Origin: Zootoca vivipara | Lineage: Eukaryota | Length of the DNA stretch: 64,000 nt | Reading direction: 5' to 3' | Assembly (NCBI RefSeq): GCF_963506605.1 | Contig: NC_083278.1 | Coordinates: 73,408,001-73,472,000, forward strand | Part shown: positions 1 to 13,342 of the stretch, piece by piece | Layout: every line of letters begins with the position of its first letter | Numbering within the stretch: the first letter of the stretch is position 1 | Made by a program: the position numbers and the translations under genes | Notes under the pieces: model-generated | The model's input: the letters and a program-made list of their open reading frames with translations, nothing else | Told to the model about the DNA's origin: nothing | The model's database searches: none

Positions 1-2670
1 TTTTCATGTTTGTTAGCAGCCATTATTTCTTCCAATCGGCTGCTGCCATTTTGTTTTCATGTGAAAGGACACTGACTGCACTGTTCCGTTGTAGGCTTCT
101 TTTAAACCACCTTGTTGTTGTGCTGGTGCTTAAAAAAACCCTAACTTTAAAAACAACGCTTGGAAAATGGAATTTTCCTGTTAGTGTGCACTACTACCTG
201 CCATTTTAAAAATCCTTTGTTTGGATTTAAACAAAAAATTTTATTACCTGCATTTTTAAAACATACTTTCCAAGTGCTTTCCAAGAGAATGAGTAAGAAT
301 TGCATTTTGAAGAGCACAAAACCATTGGCATAACTTGTCCCCTGGTTCATTTCAGGGCTAACAAACATGTGGCATGGAAAGCTCTGCACTTGCATCTCCA
401 AACTTCCAAAGGTGGGATCATTACTACTGCATTTCACATACAGCTATGTAGCCAATTCTTTCTATATTCAGATGTGGTTTAAGAAATACAGGGCAATCCA
501 TGTTTGTTTAAATCTCACCCAGCAGAAGTCATTGCTTGTATAGGAAATAAAACTGGTGACGTTAATAGCAGAAAGTGGCCAGTGACACACTCTTTGTGCG
601 CTTATACAGAGGTAGCAACTTTGCAAAAGCTCTTTTGCAAAATGCCACTTGAAAATTATTCATTATTGCTTGTGGTTTGCATTTTAATTCACCCGCAATA
701 CTGGTTGGTGGGTAGATGCTGATTGCACTGCAGATTTATTTTACTGTGAGTTTTTTTAAAAAAACACACAGCTGGAGGAAGAGAAGGGTGAAGAAACAGC
801 TGTGAGTGGAGGGGGAAAAACTTTCCCATCCTTTGAACCCGCTGGGAAATTCAACACACCTGCTGTATCTGGAACTGAGTGTGGAAAGTGCAGCTGAATG
901 GGACACAGCTGTGGGCCTCCACTTTGGGCCTGTAGAAAGCAAGTCTCGAGTGAGAGACTAGGGTAATGTCCACTGCTTCCAGGAACTCTTCTTGGTGTGA
1001 AGCTTTTGCAGGTGAGCTGACAGTTTTCATAGACCCTGGGTGAGAACCTGGAGATTGAGAGGGAGGGTGTGTCAGAAGGGAAAATGCATTTATATTGATT
1101 TATATATAAGTAACTGCATTTTTGTAATATTGTCTGTTGTTGCTTCAGTTTTCTGTACACCACCTAGAGGTATTTTTAAATATGTTAAGCAGTATAAAAA
1201 TGGTGTAAATAACAAGCATAAATTAATAGTGCAATTTTGTTTATTGGATCCTTTTGGAGTCATTGTAATAGCTAAATGGTTGGTAATTGTTGCAACGTTT
1301 TCATAGTTGTTTTCTGCTTTCATTTTTTCTTCTTGGCCACCTTGGGGACATTTTAGGTTGGAAGCCAGGATATAAGCATTTAAAAGAATTAATGATTAAA
1401 CAACTCATTATAGTTGAGGACCATGAACATCTGTGCTGTGGTAGATGAAGTGCTGAGATTTGGGGGGGGAGTAGAGTGCCTTTAATGACACCCACAGATA
1501 GCACTTCTCTTAACTTTGCCCAGTTTTAGCCAATTCATGGGCCCCTGTAGCCTTCTCTAAATGGTAGCTAAGCTGGCCATCACAAAAGTTAATGGTTCTC
1601 CTGGGCTGCCTCTCCCCATAACTTCAGTACTTATTTGATGTTACCTCAAGGATTTCCTACCCCATCCCAATAGCTAGTAGTAATGGTCTTTTCTTTACTT
1701 CTTTTTAGATATGCTCTGTTTTGTGATTCATGTTATTTCTAGTCTTTAGGATGCAAACCTATCCGTTTCAGAGACTTTGCTTCTTGTTCATTGTTCTTTG
1801 TTTTAAGCAAGCCCAAGGGACAGTGTTTTTGTCACCATTTGCTGTTCTTGGGCAAGGACAAGTATGTGTCAGTTTCTTCTGCCGGTTGACAGTGACGATC
1901 TTGCCATTATCAGTTTCTGGAAAGTGACAATATTACCCATGTTCTAATTATTTATTTAACAGGAGTTGCATATTGCTTAATCATCAAAGCTTCTAAGATG
2001 TTTACATAAAATACACATTAAAATACTGATAAAATCTGATGTTAAAAAACAAGCTGACCGCAACATTTCAAAATATAAATAAAACCAGATATAATATAAA
2101 TAATACAATCTCATATTAATATACATGTCATATTTATACAAGTCACCTTCAATATCTGCTTGAGAAGCTAGGATCTGAAAATCAGTGAGAGATTGGTTTG
2201 CTTCACAAGGTTCTTTCTGGCATTGGCGTTCCTGACATGCCTTTGTAATGAATTAAGATCTTCTGGATGAATTGCTGCACAAAATTGCATGTTGTTTTAT
2301 TGGATGAATAGACGTCTTTGGGCTCCTGGGATCTCCCCAAATGCATAAACAAGAGTAGCCAGCCCACTGAACAGTATTACAAATTTCAAGAGGGAAGAAG
2401 AATTTGGCATGGGACTCTGCCATTTGACTTTCTCATTAGAATGAATTTCTGGAGGGGATATTTTACTGTGGTTTGTATTTAACAGAAAGATTGTTGTTCA
2501 GTCATTCATGTCTAATGGTATAATTCAAGATTTAAGGCAAAATGGTACTGAGGTGCCACACTTGTTCCGCAGACACAGCTGGTGCAGCAACGGGTGTCTT
2601 GAAAACACATGCAAAATAGGCTTGCAGGTATCACATGAAAAATCTGTCGTTGGTTAACTAATGAGCATTT

Positions 2671-2761
2671 CAAATAAAAAATTGTCCTGTAGCACCTTAG
2701 AGACCAACTAAGTTTGTTCTGGGTTTAAGCTTTCATGTGCATGCACACTTCTTCAGATACC
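2671..2761 (-). mobile_element. Penelope-like element terminal-repeat fragment
   Basis: gtagcaccttagagaccaactaagtttgttc...cttcagatac is nearly identical to the copy at 36361-36440 and carries a hammerhead-like core. Confidence 0.75.
2721..2761 (-). ncRNA. Minimal type I hammerhead ribozyme motif of a Penelope-like element
   Basis: The minus strand reads GGUAU-CUGAAGA-A-GUGUG-CAUG-CACAU-GAAA-GCUU-AAACC: CUGANGA and GAAA boxes, stem II, a palindromic AGCU helix III and an imperfect stem I. Confidence 0.6.
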
Positions 2762-3124
2762 ATTTCAGTTATTGTAGCTGAAGAGGCAAACTTTAAGAAG
2801 AAAAGCAGGATATGTCTTTGGTAGTGGGAGCAATTGCAGAAGAAACATCAAAGAGCGATGTGTCTGATCATGCGCTTCTCATTCACACACCTAATTACCT
2901 TGTTTTGTTTGAATTGATGCTCTCCATGATAACCATGTTGACTGCCAGTTGCTGGGAGACACATGTTGGAATAGTGCTGTTGCACTCAGGTCCTGGTTTT
3001 GCACTCCCCATAGGCATCTGATTGACCACTGTGATGGTGGAGCAGATTCACCTGATCCAAGCAACATTATGTACTTAATGCTATTTAATACTATTATAGA
3101 ACAGTTGATTAGAAAAAGAATGCC

Positions 3125-3238
3125 GCTAACCTGTGGCCCTCCAAATGTTGGGTTGCAACTCCCATCATCCCAGACTATTGACCATGCTGGATGGGACTGT
3201 AGGGAACCACAATAACACCTGAAGGGCCATAGGTTGGA
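3125..3238. mobile_element. Old palindromic hAT-type MITE; further degenerate relatives near 9810-9900, 34805-34870, 38590-38640 and 46925-47043
   Basis: aacctgtggccctccaaatgtt ... acacctgaagggccataggtt inverted arms, related to the young 136-bp family elsewhere in the window. Confidence 0.6.
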
Positions 3239-6200
3239 CATTCATGACCAGTAACATCTGCGTTGGCTTGAGCTACCTATTTTAGGTATGCCATGGACTG
3301 AATTGCATGGAGGGGAATGTAGGGAACTTGGGGGATGACTCAGGTGCGTTTTTGAACAGGAGAGCTTATCCATATCAGTTGACCCTAGAAACAAAGTACT
3401 AGCATGATCAAGACTGGGATAATCCAAGATAACATGGCAGTTATGACCGGGATATTTTTTCGACCTTTTGAGTTATTTGTCAAAGTGGCCGTGGGAGTGG
3501 GGGAACTGAGGACTCGGTCAACCAGCTGGAGTCTTTCCCATCCTGGTCAGAACAGACTTCTGGTTTTATCCAGCAGCTTTTGATGTTCTTCTGCTTGTGT
3601 GGGATGCCACAAGGCACATAGTGGATGCATATGAATCTGCTAATTCCATAGCATGTGGAGTAAACCACAGTGCAGATGAGTTGTATTAATCAAACTAACA
3701 CTACTTTGGTGATGACTGTTCATGTGGGTTCAGTACAGCTCTGATACTTACCTTGTTTGTTTTTGCTAGTATACAGGCTACCCGCATTTTGTTGTCTTTT
3801 GACATCAGACTGGGGAAAAAATAATTCTTGAAGCTTAATCAAGAATTTTTTTCACAGATGATGCTGAGATTTTTGGATAGCGTGTTTTAAAGTGCATGAC
3901 AGGACTTCAGTGCACAACTGAATGGGGCTGAAATCCAGCTGTGCCACACCTTTAAAGATCTGGGGGTGGGGGGAGTTTGATCATCCCAGCCAGTTCAGAT
4001 TGCAAACATGAACTCGATAGATAAATAAGTTTGGCCAGCCCTATTTGTGGCTTCTTCCAGATCAAGCTACTGGTACTTGCCCATCTCATTTGAAGGATAA
4101 TTTCCCTAGTGGACAAGATGATCAAGTCCCACCACCTGAAGACTGTTTGCACCTGGCTGGCTGTCTTTATTCCCACACATCTGAAGCTGCTCTCAATATT
4201 GCAGAGTTGCTTCCAGAAAAATGAATACTATAAAAATCACTGCTAAAAGCACATCATGCATACATTTATATTTATGCACAATGAAAGTATGCAAATTATC
4301 CATGACCTCTTGTCTTGCAATATTCTTCCATGGTATCCCTGGATGCTAAGGACTTTCCCTATTATGGCAACACAAAAAAATGTGATGGTAGAAATAACAA
4401 AAGCCAATGTACATATTCCTCACTACCCCTGCCCCAATTTATGATTCCATGGGAAAACCCTATTTTTTATTTCATCAAATGTGTTTGTTCTTTTCTTTCA
4501 TCAATATTTATAGTATTTATATGGGCAACTCCCTTCAGTACCAATAAGAGCTGAACACACAAACCCACAGAGAGAGAGAGACAAAAAGAAATTGACATTG
4601 CTTGTATTTGGAAAAACAAAACAAAAAACCTTTGACATGTTTACAGAATGCAGTCACATAGTTTCCCCTAAGCTAACTCCTTCCAGCTTTATATCATTCT
4701 TTTTTGGCTAGATTAAGGAAGTTTGCACTCTAGTACTTTCTTTTCCCTCTGCTACAGCTATTGATTTGCATTAAATTAAACCTTCAGATCAATAGCTTGA
4801 CTATAGTCCAAAGGTGAGAAAAACCCAGATACTTTTCACGGCGTTTTTCTCTCCCTTCAATTTGTTGGCAGGAAAGTAGAACTATTGGGATTTTGAAGGG
4901 CCTTTAAATGAAAGTGCCCAGCTATATATACTGGAAATCAAGGGAGGAACACATATTCCCCGTGAGTAGAGAGAATTGTATGATGTTCTTAATCCTTTTA
5001 AACTAGTTAAAATGTTTGATGGAGATGTGTGTATGTCCTAACAGTGTTTCCCAGGGAGTTTATAGCTGACCTACTTTTGACTAGTGGCGGTTGCTTATCC
5101 GTTACTTTTTTTTTTGTCATTGAGCATTGCTGATTTATTAAGCTATATCTTCAAGGGCATTGTAAAATTGTACGTAGGGAATAGGACACAACTGTGAAAA
5201 GTGAGAATTACTGTATCAGATAATATCCAATTAAAATCTAGCTAGCACAGCAGGCGAAATTGGAACTAGGGTTTATCATTCATGTAACATAATACATTGC
5301 AGTATTAGTTGGAAACAAAGTAAGTGTGAAACATATTCCCTACCTTCCCCTCCAATTATTAATCTCTATTGACGTTTTATGTTGGGGGGGGGGGGGAGAG
5401 AAAACCTGAGTCGGAATGTGTCATGTTCCAAGGCCATGTAAAGATGGGAACAGGTTGAAGAGCACTAAAAGTGGGAGCATCAAAGCTTCCTATTAGAAAA
5501 GAACTTATCACATGTTTAAGTGAAAGTGTTTGCAACTGACACATCACTAGAGGTTGGCAAATTGGTTTTACTTTTGTTCTAGAATGCACTGCGATTCAAG
5601 GATGTGATTATATTCTTGCCATCTCTCTTTAGGTTCATAGCCCAGTGCTGAGCTGTGGAGGATTTAGAAGAATGAAGCGAAATGCCTGTCTCAGGTGTAA
5701 AGGCAGTACACAAGTTGGTTGTGGGACCAAGTCTTGGGGTTCTGCCCCTTCCACACCTTGTAGAGAATCTTGAATGTTAACTAGGGTCGTTTGTGTAAAT
5801 GCCATGAAAAGTGGGTGGAGGTACATCATTAGGGAAGCCCAACTTCCTTAGGCAGAGAGAGCAAGCAGAAAGTGGCCTGCTTCAATAGGAATGTCTGTGT
5901 GTAAATGGCAGCTCATATTAATGTATGAATGGGGAGGGTGTGTACATGCCCCACTCTTGGCCCGTGTGTGAATCGGTCTATATTCCTGTTTCAGAAATTC
6001 TAATGCCAGGAGGTATTTGGGGTCTAGTAGAGGGAATGTCAGAATTGTAATTTGGACAGCTAGGGTGAAATTTTGGCTCTCTCCATATGAGAAGGTGCTA
6101 CTGTATGTGCATTGTAGAACTGGTTTATTTCCTCTGCATGGTACTTTTTAAATTAACATTGACTTTTAAAAGCACACTGATCTTCAGAGCAAGAGAGATG

Positions 6201-6284
6201 GAGACTGATTTTTAAATGTGAACAAATACAACTCTTCTGTCAATGTATTTTTAGTTCTATCTTTTAGCTCACAGTTAAAAACTG

Positions 6285-6551
6285 GCAGTAATCTACCCCC
6301 TTTTTGGGGTTCAGGTCAAAGTTGATGAGCTTTTTTTAGGAAGGAGGAAGGCCCATTTTTGGGGGGATTCAGGTTGAAATTGTTGGAATTTTTTTAGGGA
6401 GGGGAAAGCCACGTTTTTAGGGGTCCAGGGCAAAAATGTTGAGCTTTATTGGGGGGAGCCAAACTTGTTGAGCTTCTTGGGGGGGCAGTGACCAACCATA
6501 GATGTCCATTGATCTACCGGTAGATCACGATCTACCTGTTGGACGTGCCTG
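6285..6551. mobile_element. Fragment of a non-autonomous hAT-like element with internal imperfect tandem repeats of about 55-60 bp
   Basis: Three to four degenerate copies of ttttggggttcaggtcaaagttgttgagcttttt, then gatctaccggtagatcacgatctacc and an end in ...gtgcctg. Confidence 0.5.
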
Positions 6552-6956
6552 TCATAGGGGTACTTGAATGTCTTCTTTTACTGCTAAATTTGAACTTGAC
6601 ATGGGATTCCATTGAAATATCATGTGAGTCAAAGTACAAGGATAGCACAGAAGGGAAGTTAATACAGAAGAGGCTTACCTAGTAGGATGGGGCCATTACA
6701 CCAGCCTCCCAGTGGGTAGGTTGGTTACTGGGTGCGAGAAGGGAAGGGTTGAGTGGATGAGGAGGTCAGCATGGTTCACTCTTGCTGGAGCGCCAGCCTC
6801 CCCTTCTGCTACTGTGTAATTATCACAATCTTTACTTTTCTACTTTTCATCTCCCTCCGACTTCCCTCTATAACAATTCCCCCCATAGCCACGTGTATGC
6901 ATACCTGCAACTAAGGTAACAAGCATCTGATGAAGTGAACTGTAGCCCCATACTAA

Positions 6957-7491
6957 TGTTAAAAAAGCCGGGTGCCTGTCCCCCTCTCTGCTGAGCGGTG
7001 GCAACAGCCCATGGGGTCCCAGGCACCCACACAGGGTCTGTGTCCCTTTGGAGAATGGAAGACCCAGTGGAGACTGTCGTGCTTTAAGAAATAGGGTTCA
7101 TTCGCCTATTTACACCTTCGGTCTGCATGGAGGGAGTCCAGCTCTTATAGGATAGTCATTCCAGTGTAAGCTGCTTGCAGCCAGCCTCTCCCAAGATGGA
7201 TCTCCCCCCTTCTTCCAGCTTCTTCTTCCCAGAAATTCCTTTTCCTGCCCGTTCAAACATATACCCCAACACCTTGGTAACATCTCACTTCCCAATGGCC
7301 CATCAACACCTTTTGTCATGTGAACAGGTTTGCTGTTCACCCAGCCAGGCTGGTTTGCATAAGCCAGTCCAGGAATTCTCTGTCTGGCACAGCTCTGGAG
7401 TTTGTACTTTAATCCATATCCTGATTAATAAATATCCTAGTATTTATTCATTCCTAGGGTTTAGGGGGATCCCCCCCCCAAAACTATAACA
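6957..7491 (-). mobile_element. Probable solo LTR inserted into a Penelope-like remnant
   Basis: Termini TGTTA...TAACA; flanks CTAA/ATAA as an imperfect 4-bp TSD. The flanks read as two halves of one Penelope-like repeat: ctgatgaagtgaactgtagccc and ataaatttc...tttaaagtgccacaagac. Confidence 0.5.
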
Positions 7492-8054
7492 ATAAATTTC
7501 TTCATCTTTAAAGTGCCACAAGACCTGTGTTATTTTTGCTGTAACAGATGAATATGGCTACGGTACTTCTCTAGTTTATATAACAAGTTCTAAGATGCTA
7601 AAGGATGTTATGCAGATAAATAAAATATCTAGAGTGTTTTAGTTCTAATAAAGATTGTGATAGCCTGGGCTACTGGAGTAGGTTTCATCCCATTTGAAAG
7701 ATAATAATACCCAGTAGATCGACCATCCTAGTAGATAAGCATTTAAAAGTGAAGAAACGACTTGGCTTGAGTACCCCTCTCTGTGAACAGTACATTTCCC
7801 TTTCCCTTCCCTGTTTCACCCACAGTGTTCAGCAGCTGACTATTTTTTTATATGAGCTTTATTACCGGTAAGTAAAATAGATTTGTTTAATTTTAGATTC
7901 ATCGTGATCTGAAATCCAAAAGGAAGAAAGCCCAATTAAACTTTTGCTTTTCTATGATGCAAAAATAAGCAAAATTCTCTCTTCAAAATAATTGCTAAAA
8001 GATATGGGATTCCCCGCCCCCCCAAATGACACAAACTTTGTTTTTGTCTTATAG

Positions 8055-8115
8055 AGAAGAAGTTGAAGGAAGATATTCTCAGGTACATGGAAGTGCTGGA
8101 GGAAAAACTGCAAAG
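8055..8115 (+). CDS. DISC1: DISC1 coding exon (equivalent to human exon 10), 61 nt, (E)KKLKEDILRYMEVLEEKLQ(S)
   Basis: Acceptor ttttgtcttatag| and donor AG|gtaaag. The translation aligns with human DISC1 ETSVKENTMKYMETLKNKLCS (from memory). The phase-2 end joins the next exon in frame (AG+C = Ser). Confidence 0.93.
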
Positions 8116-8869
8116 GTAAAGGAAGGATGGGATCTTTAAAATGTTTAGAAAAATATATCATTTTTTAATTTGTTACCTTATGCTGTACAATATCTCTGAT
8201 AACTATTCTGTCTACTCCCCTAGCCCCACCACTATAATTCAAAGGACTGGTTTGGACTTAGAAGGCTTTTTGGGATGACATGTCAAATTATTGTAACTTC
8301 GTTTAGTTAATGGTCTCTTTTTAAAATATGAGAAAATGAAACTTTGTTTTCAAAAAATGGGTTGAAAGGTCAAAATCTCAAGATTTTTCAATGTAGTGTT
8401 CTAAAAAATGTGAGGCCAGTCTCAATGGAGGGATTTATTTATATATTTCTAAAAATATTTTTATACTGGTGTTCATTTTTAAAAAATCAGAGAGAATAAA
8501 TGAAAACCATATATTATGGCAGGCTTATAAGGAAACCAAAAGCCTTTCTCTGTGAAGTGAAGATTGTGGACTATGCACCTAAAATGGTAGCCTTGTGAAA
8601 TGAGTCTGGACTTGCGAGCTTGCCCTTCCTATCAGAAGCTTAAAGAATACTGCAAGCCAACCAGCTGGTCTTGCTCTCCACTCTTCTACTTTCCCCTTTT
8701 GTCTGCTTTTCTTCAGTTTCCACTGTACATTAATTTATATCAGGGAGGCTTGAGGATTGTTTTAATCATTCAGAAATGTCACAGGTAGAATGGGACTTCA
8801 GGGCTGCAAGGCATTTCCCACACATAACCAGAGAAGCAAAAGTACTGTAGATTGCTTCAGTATTGAGGT

Positions 8870-8874
<5 letters not shown>

Positions 8875-8910
<36 letters not shown>
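8875..8910. repeat. (GA)n microsatellite
   Basis: Pure dinucleotide run. Confidence 0.97.
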
Positions 8911-8913
<3 letters not shown>

Positions 8914-9944
8914 TCCGTAGAAATTGTTTTGATTCATAGCATCCAGGAAGCAGAGTCAGCAAACTTCTGGAGTTAGTGAATCTCCATTTGAGACCACATG
9001 AAACATCCTTGTCGGCTTGAGTGGCATTATGCTGGTTAAGAAAGGGAATAGCACGGGGAAACACTTTTGGTTCACAGCACCAGTCTACATACATGTGTAT
9101 TTCACTCTTCTGGCACTGATGCAGCCTGTGCCTTTAAATAGTGCATTTGCCTTTCCATCTACATTGTTAAGGCCTGTGGCAGGCGGGTGGGGCTGGGCAT
9201 GCCATCTGATGCTCTCTGTTTTCCCCTTTAAGACAGTGTCAGGCTTGATGTGGAAGGGCTCTCCTTCCAATGTCATGTCACACTAGCAGAAGGTTGAAAT
9301 ATGCCTGCTCTATTCCTTGTGAATGAGTATCCACATAAGATTCGGTGGCAGAAAATCCTCTTATTGATCTTGCACATGGCGTATTTCAGATAAACTTAGC
9401 CATGGCTCATTGGTTGTATCATATGATTAAGTAATTCCCCGTTTTATTATGAATAACTTTGGAGATCATGAAGAATTCTCATCTTTTTATTCCAGATCCA
9501 AAAATAGAAAGCAAGAAAACAATGTCATTGTTATGTTAATCCTTATTCAGAACATTTGCTTATTCCCCCCTCCTGAGCCGTTGCTGAGATTAATGTTTAA
9601 TCTTCTAGCTTTGAAGAGCTCTGGTGTTTCCCTCAAGGCTTTGGTTGCCTCTTAAAAGGCTTATCGCTTGGTGTTGTGTTACTCTTATAACGGGATAATC
9701 TAAGTATTTATGATTTCTAAAAAGTTCTTCAGATGCTACAGTATATAGTTTCGAAGGGCCTAGACTCTGTAATGAAACATGTTTCTTTATAGGAAAGTCA
9801 GCATGCAAGTCCTGACCCTCCCATCACCCTCAACCAGCAAAGCGGTGGTCAGGGATGATGGGAGTGTAAGCCAGAAACATTTGGAAGGCAGCAGGTTCCC
9901 TAATATTGATCTATGCTTAGTAGCATGGTGCCCTGTCATCTAAA

Positions 9945-10030
9945 TCACACTGAGGGTCATCTAGTCCAACCTCTAGAAATGCAGCAATCTCATCTAGATC
10001 GTACATGAGAGATGACCATTCAACCTCTTT
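9945..10030 (-). mobile_element. CR1 LINE 3' end remnant
   Basis: tgagggtcatctagtccaacc resembles the longer CR1 tail at 53288-53538. Confidence 0.5.
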
Positions 10031-13000
10031 CCTCTTCAATCTCCTCCTGGTTTTGGGAGACAGTGGTGCAGGAGAGGGTGGGGAAGCACCTGGCCCTTCA
10101 CTTGCCTGACCGGCCTCTTCTGTCAGGCCATCCTATGCTCTCCCCTCCAGTTCTTAAGCTTTCCCTGCATCTGACTCTTGCTTCCTGGTTGTACAGGTCC
10201 CCACAAATCACTGGTCCCCTCTCCCGAGTCAAACTCCAGCATCCGTCAGTGTCTTCCCAGTCCCTTACACCACTCCATTTTAGTTGTTGCAAGATTAGTT
10301 AAATGCTACCCTCAATAACATTTAGGACAGGGAGGTGTAAATTCAATGATTATGATGATAATTAATAATAGTTGCTTCCAAGCCATTCCTAACTCAAAGA
10401 CAGCAACAAGAATATTAGATACCACAGAGAGATCAGTATCCACTCTATATTCTGTAATAGCATTCTATTATATCTCACAGGCCACATGGTGATTTGTCCA
10501 AAATCCCTTATCACAGTTGCCTCAGGCCCCAGACTACTTTTTTATTTGTGTCAGTCACCATAAATATCACTTTTTTTGAGCTGAAGAATTTAATGTGATT
10601 ATGCTGTACTCCAAATCTCAAAGAAAGAAAGCAGGCAGAGGAGGGAGCGGGGTACATTTAGTCGCTCTTCTTAATTCCCAGATAAAAATCTTACAATTAT
10701 TTAGGGGGATGCCATTCTTTGAAGGATGATAACTATTGACAATGCACAAAGGAGCCTTACTTGTTTATTCTGTTTTAGACTTTGGAAAGTGGGAGTATAA
10801 ATGAATGCGGGGTTTAATACGCTCCAACGCTGTGATATACATTTGCATTGCTGCTAAAGACTGACAATGATGCAGTACCCTGGAGCTTTGAAAATGAATA
10901 TCCCCACCTCACCCCGCTTTAACCGATTTCCTCACTATTTGTCTTCTATTTCTATTCAACTTCATCTTTGTTTAATTTAACAAGTGCACTTGTCAGTTCA
11001 TGAGCATGTAGCAACAGGGCTGAATTTTGAAACAATATGGTGTGTGTAAGGCATAATTTTTTTCCAAGAGAACTTACATTCAGTTTTATGAAATGAGCAC
11101 TCATTTCGGTTACATGGTATCTTTTACTTAATCTTGTATTTCTCTAAATGATTAAAGGGGCCATGGCTAAAAAGTTGAGCAGTTGGAACATATGAGACGT
11201 CACATTTGACAGTTCGACATCTCTTGTTAATGGTTCCTAGGTAGCGGAATCAGAAGAGACATCTGCCTTAGCCCCAAGAGAACTCTGTTAAAGTTGACAG
11301 TAGTGGGCCATTGAAATAGCCAGCATATGGTGGTTCCCTGTATTACTTAGATTCTTTAAGAAGCCACAGTTAATTTAATTAGTTTGAAAGAAATCTGATT
11401 AACCCAGGAGACCCTCAGTTTGGCTACCCTCCTTTTTTGCAAGCAGTTCCTGCAACTCTTTGTCTATTTTGAACTACATGGAACGCTACCAGCAAAGATT
11501 GCAGTGCGCCTTAGTCACTAGTAACGCCCAATTTTGTTCCCAATTTTGGTCTTACATGAATAGTTGTTTCTTCATGCATTCCTGTTCTGGGGAAGAGCAC
11601 CCTATTTTGGGAACTGTACCCAGGCCCCCAACCACCTTTATCTGTTCTTGACATCTATGGAAGTGATTTTTGCAAGAGGTTGCTGTTTGGGTATGCCACT
11701 TACGTCACACATACGGTAGTACATGTGGTTAATCATCCCAGTCAGCTCAAGTAAGGGAATGAGTATAAATCTCTATCATGCCAAGCCTGGAAATCGTATT
11801 CCTGGCCAAACATGCTGCTGCTGGTGAACGAGACAGCCAAAGGAGTGGACTCTTCAGATGTTGTGGGGGGCTGCCACTACCTGATAAGGAGGAAGGGATT
11901 GACTGAGCAGATGGTGGAGAAGAGGCCCATCCTTTCTCTAACCTTTCTTCAAAACCATTTTTAGAAGACGATAACCAAACTGGAGGCAGTACACTGACAA
12001 CATAAACGAGAAAGTAAATGGTCTGTTCCCAACAGGGAACAATTTATTTTGTTTGGGGGGGGGGGCGCAGGGAAAGAAAGAAAAAGGGACCCTCCCAATT
12101 CTACCATCCTGAATGTGACGTGAGGCTCCCTGAGGGCATCTTGCTCTGGTTTCCTCAAACCTGGGGCCCCCACTGGCCTGCAGAGATCTAGTCTTGGCCA
12201 GAAGCTGACAGAACCCTAGCAGATAGAAGTGGATAGGGCCATCTAATTACCTTTGGCCTCAACTGCAAGGACTACCTTTGCCAATAACCTCCATGCTTTT
12301 GGAAACTTGTACCAACAATGGGGTAGCTTCAGCCTGGCTGATGCAGTCTTTCAATATTTTTAGGTACTCAGTTTTCATTTGGGAGGTCACGTGTGACCTT
12401 AACCTTTCATTCTGAGGCTACAGGGGGGCCCTGGACCTTTGTGCAGAGTTTCAGGTCCACAGGTTAATTGAAGGACAGGCTAGACTGATCACAGGAAAAG
12501 GCCATCATGAACTTGAGAGTCTCCCAGACATTGTGAGATCTACAACAACCTTTTGACACTCTGCTCTTGCCTCTTAGAATGGTAGGCGGATGGGGCCACC
12601 TCTCTCCAACTCCTACAGTTACTGCCCAACCCAGAAGACTTTGCAGGGTGGAGCAAAGGACTGCAAGCCTCATGTTTTGTTTTGTTTCTTAATGAATTTA
12701 GTTCTGCCAGTGTTAGAAATTCGTGAATACTGCGCTGGTATCATCGATTCTTCGAAAAATAAAGAAAGAGCACAGGAAAGAATCTCGGAGCTAGAAAATC
12801 TATACAGCTTATACATTCTTGGCAATGATACAGTTTTTATTAAATCAATATAAGAAGTCAGTTTTTTGGACTCTTTGTCCTTGACAGTGCCCTTTGAAAT
12901 TTATGAAGTAGCAATGCACAACACCCCAGTTTTTGTTAAACTTTGTATTATTTAAAATTGGTCCAAGGTTAGCTTTATTCAGGCTACTGAGTTGAGCTTT

Positions 13001-13101
13001 GTTCTCTTTTATCTTTGGTTTTTGATCTCCTAAGAAATACTGATTGCTTAAGACATAGTGCTTTGGGATGTGAGTTTATTCTCATTTGTGAAACCCAAGT
13101 A

Positions 13102-13342
13102 CAGTGGTACCTCGGTTTAAGAACAGTCCTGTTTACGAACGATTCGGTTTACGGACTCAGCAAAACCGGAAGTAGTTTCCCAGTTTAAGAACTTGACCTC
13201 GGTCTAAGAAAGGGATCTGAACGGTGGAAGGGCACCAGTGGTGGGAGGCCTCATTAGGGAAAGTGTGCCTCGGTTTAAGAATGGTTTCGGTTTAAGAACG
13301 GACTTCCAGAACAGATTAAGTTCGTAAACCGAGGTGCCACTG
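13102..13342. mobile_element. Tc1/mariner (Tigger/pogo-like) MITE
   Basis: TA|CAGTGGTACCTCGGTTTA ... TAAACCGAGGTGCCACTG|TA: terminal inverted repeats with a TA duplication. Confidence 0.9.

Noticed and set aside
6290-6480. CRISPR-like repeat array
   Set aside because: Imperfect tandem repeats without unique spacers, in a eukaryotic transposon remnant; no cas genes.
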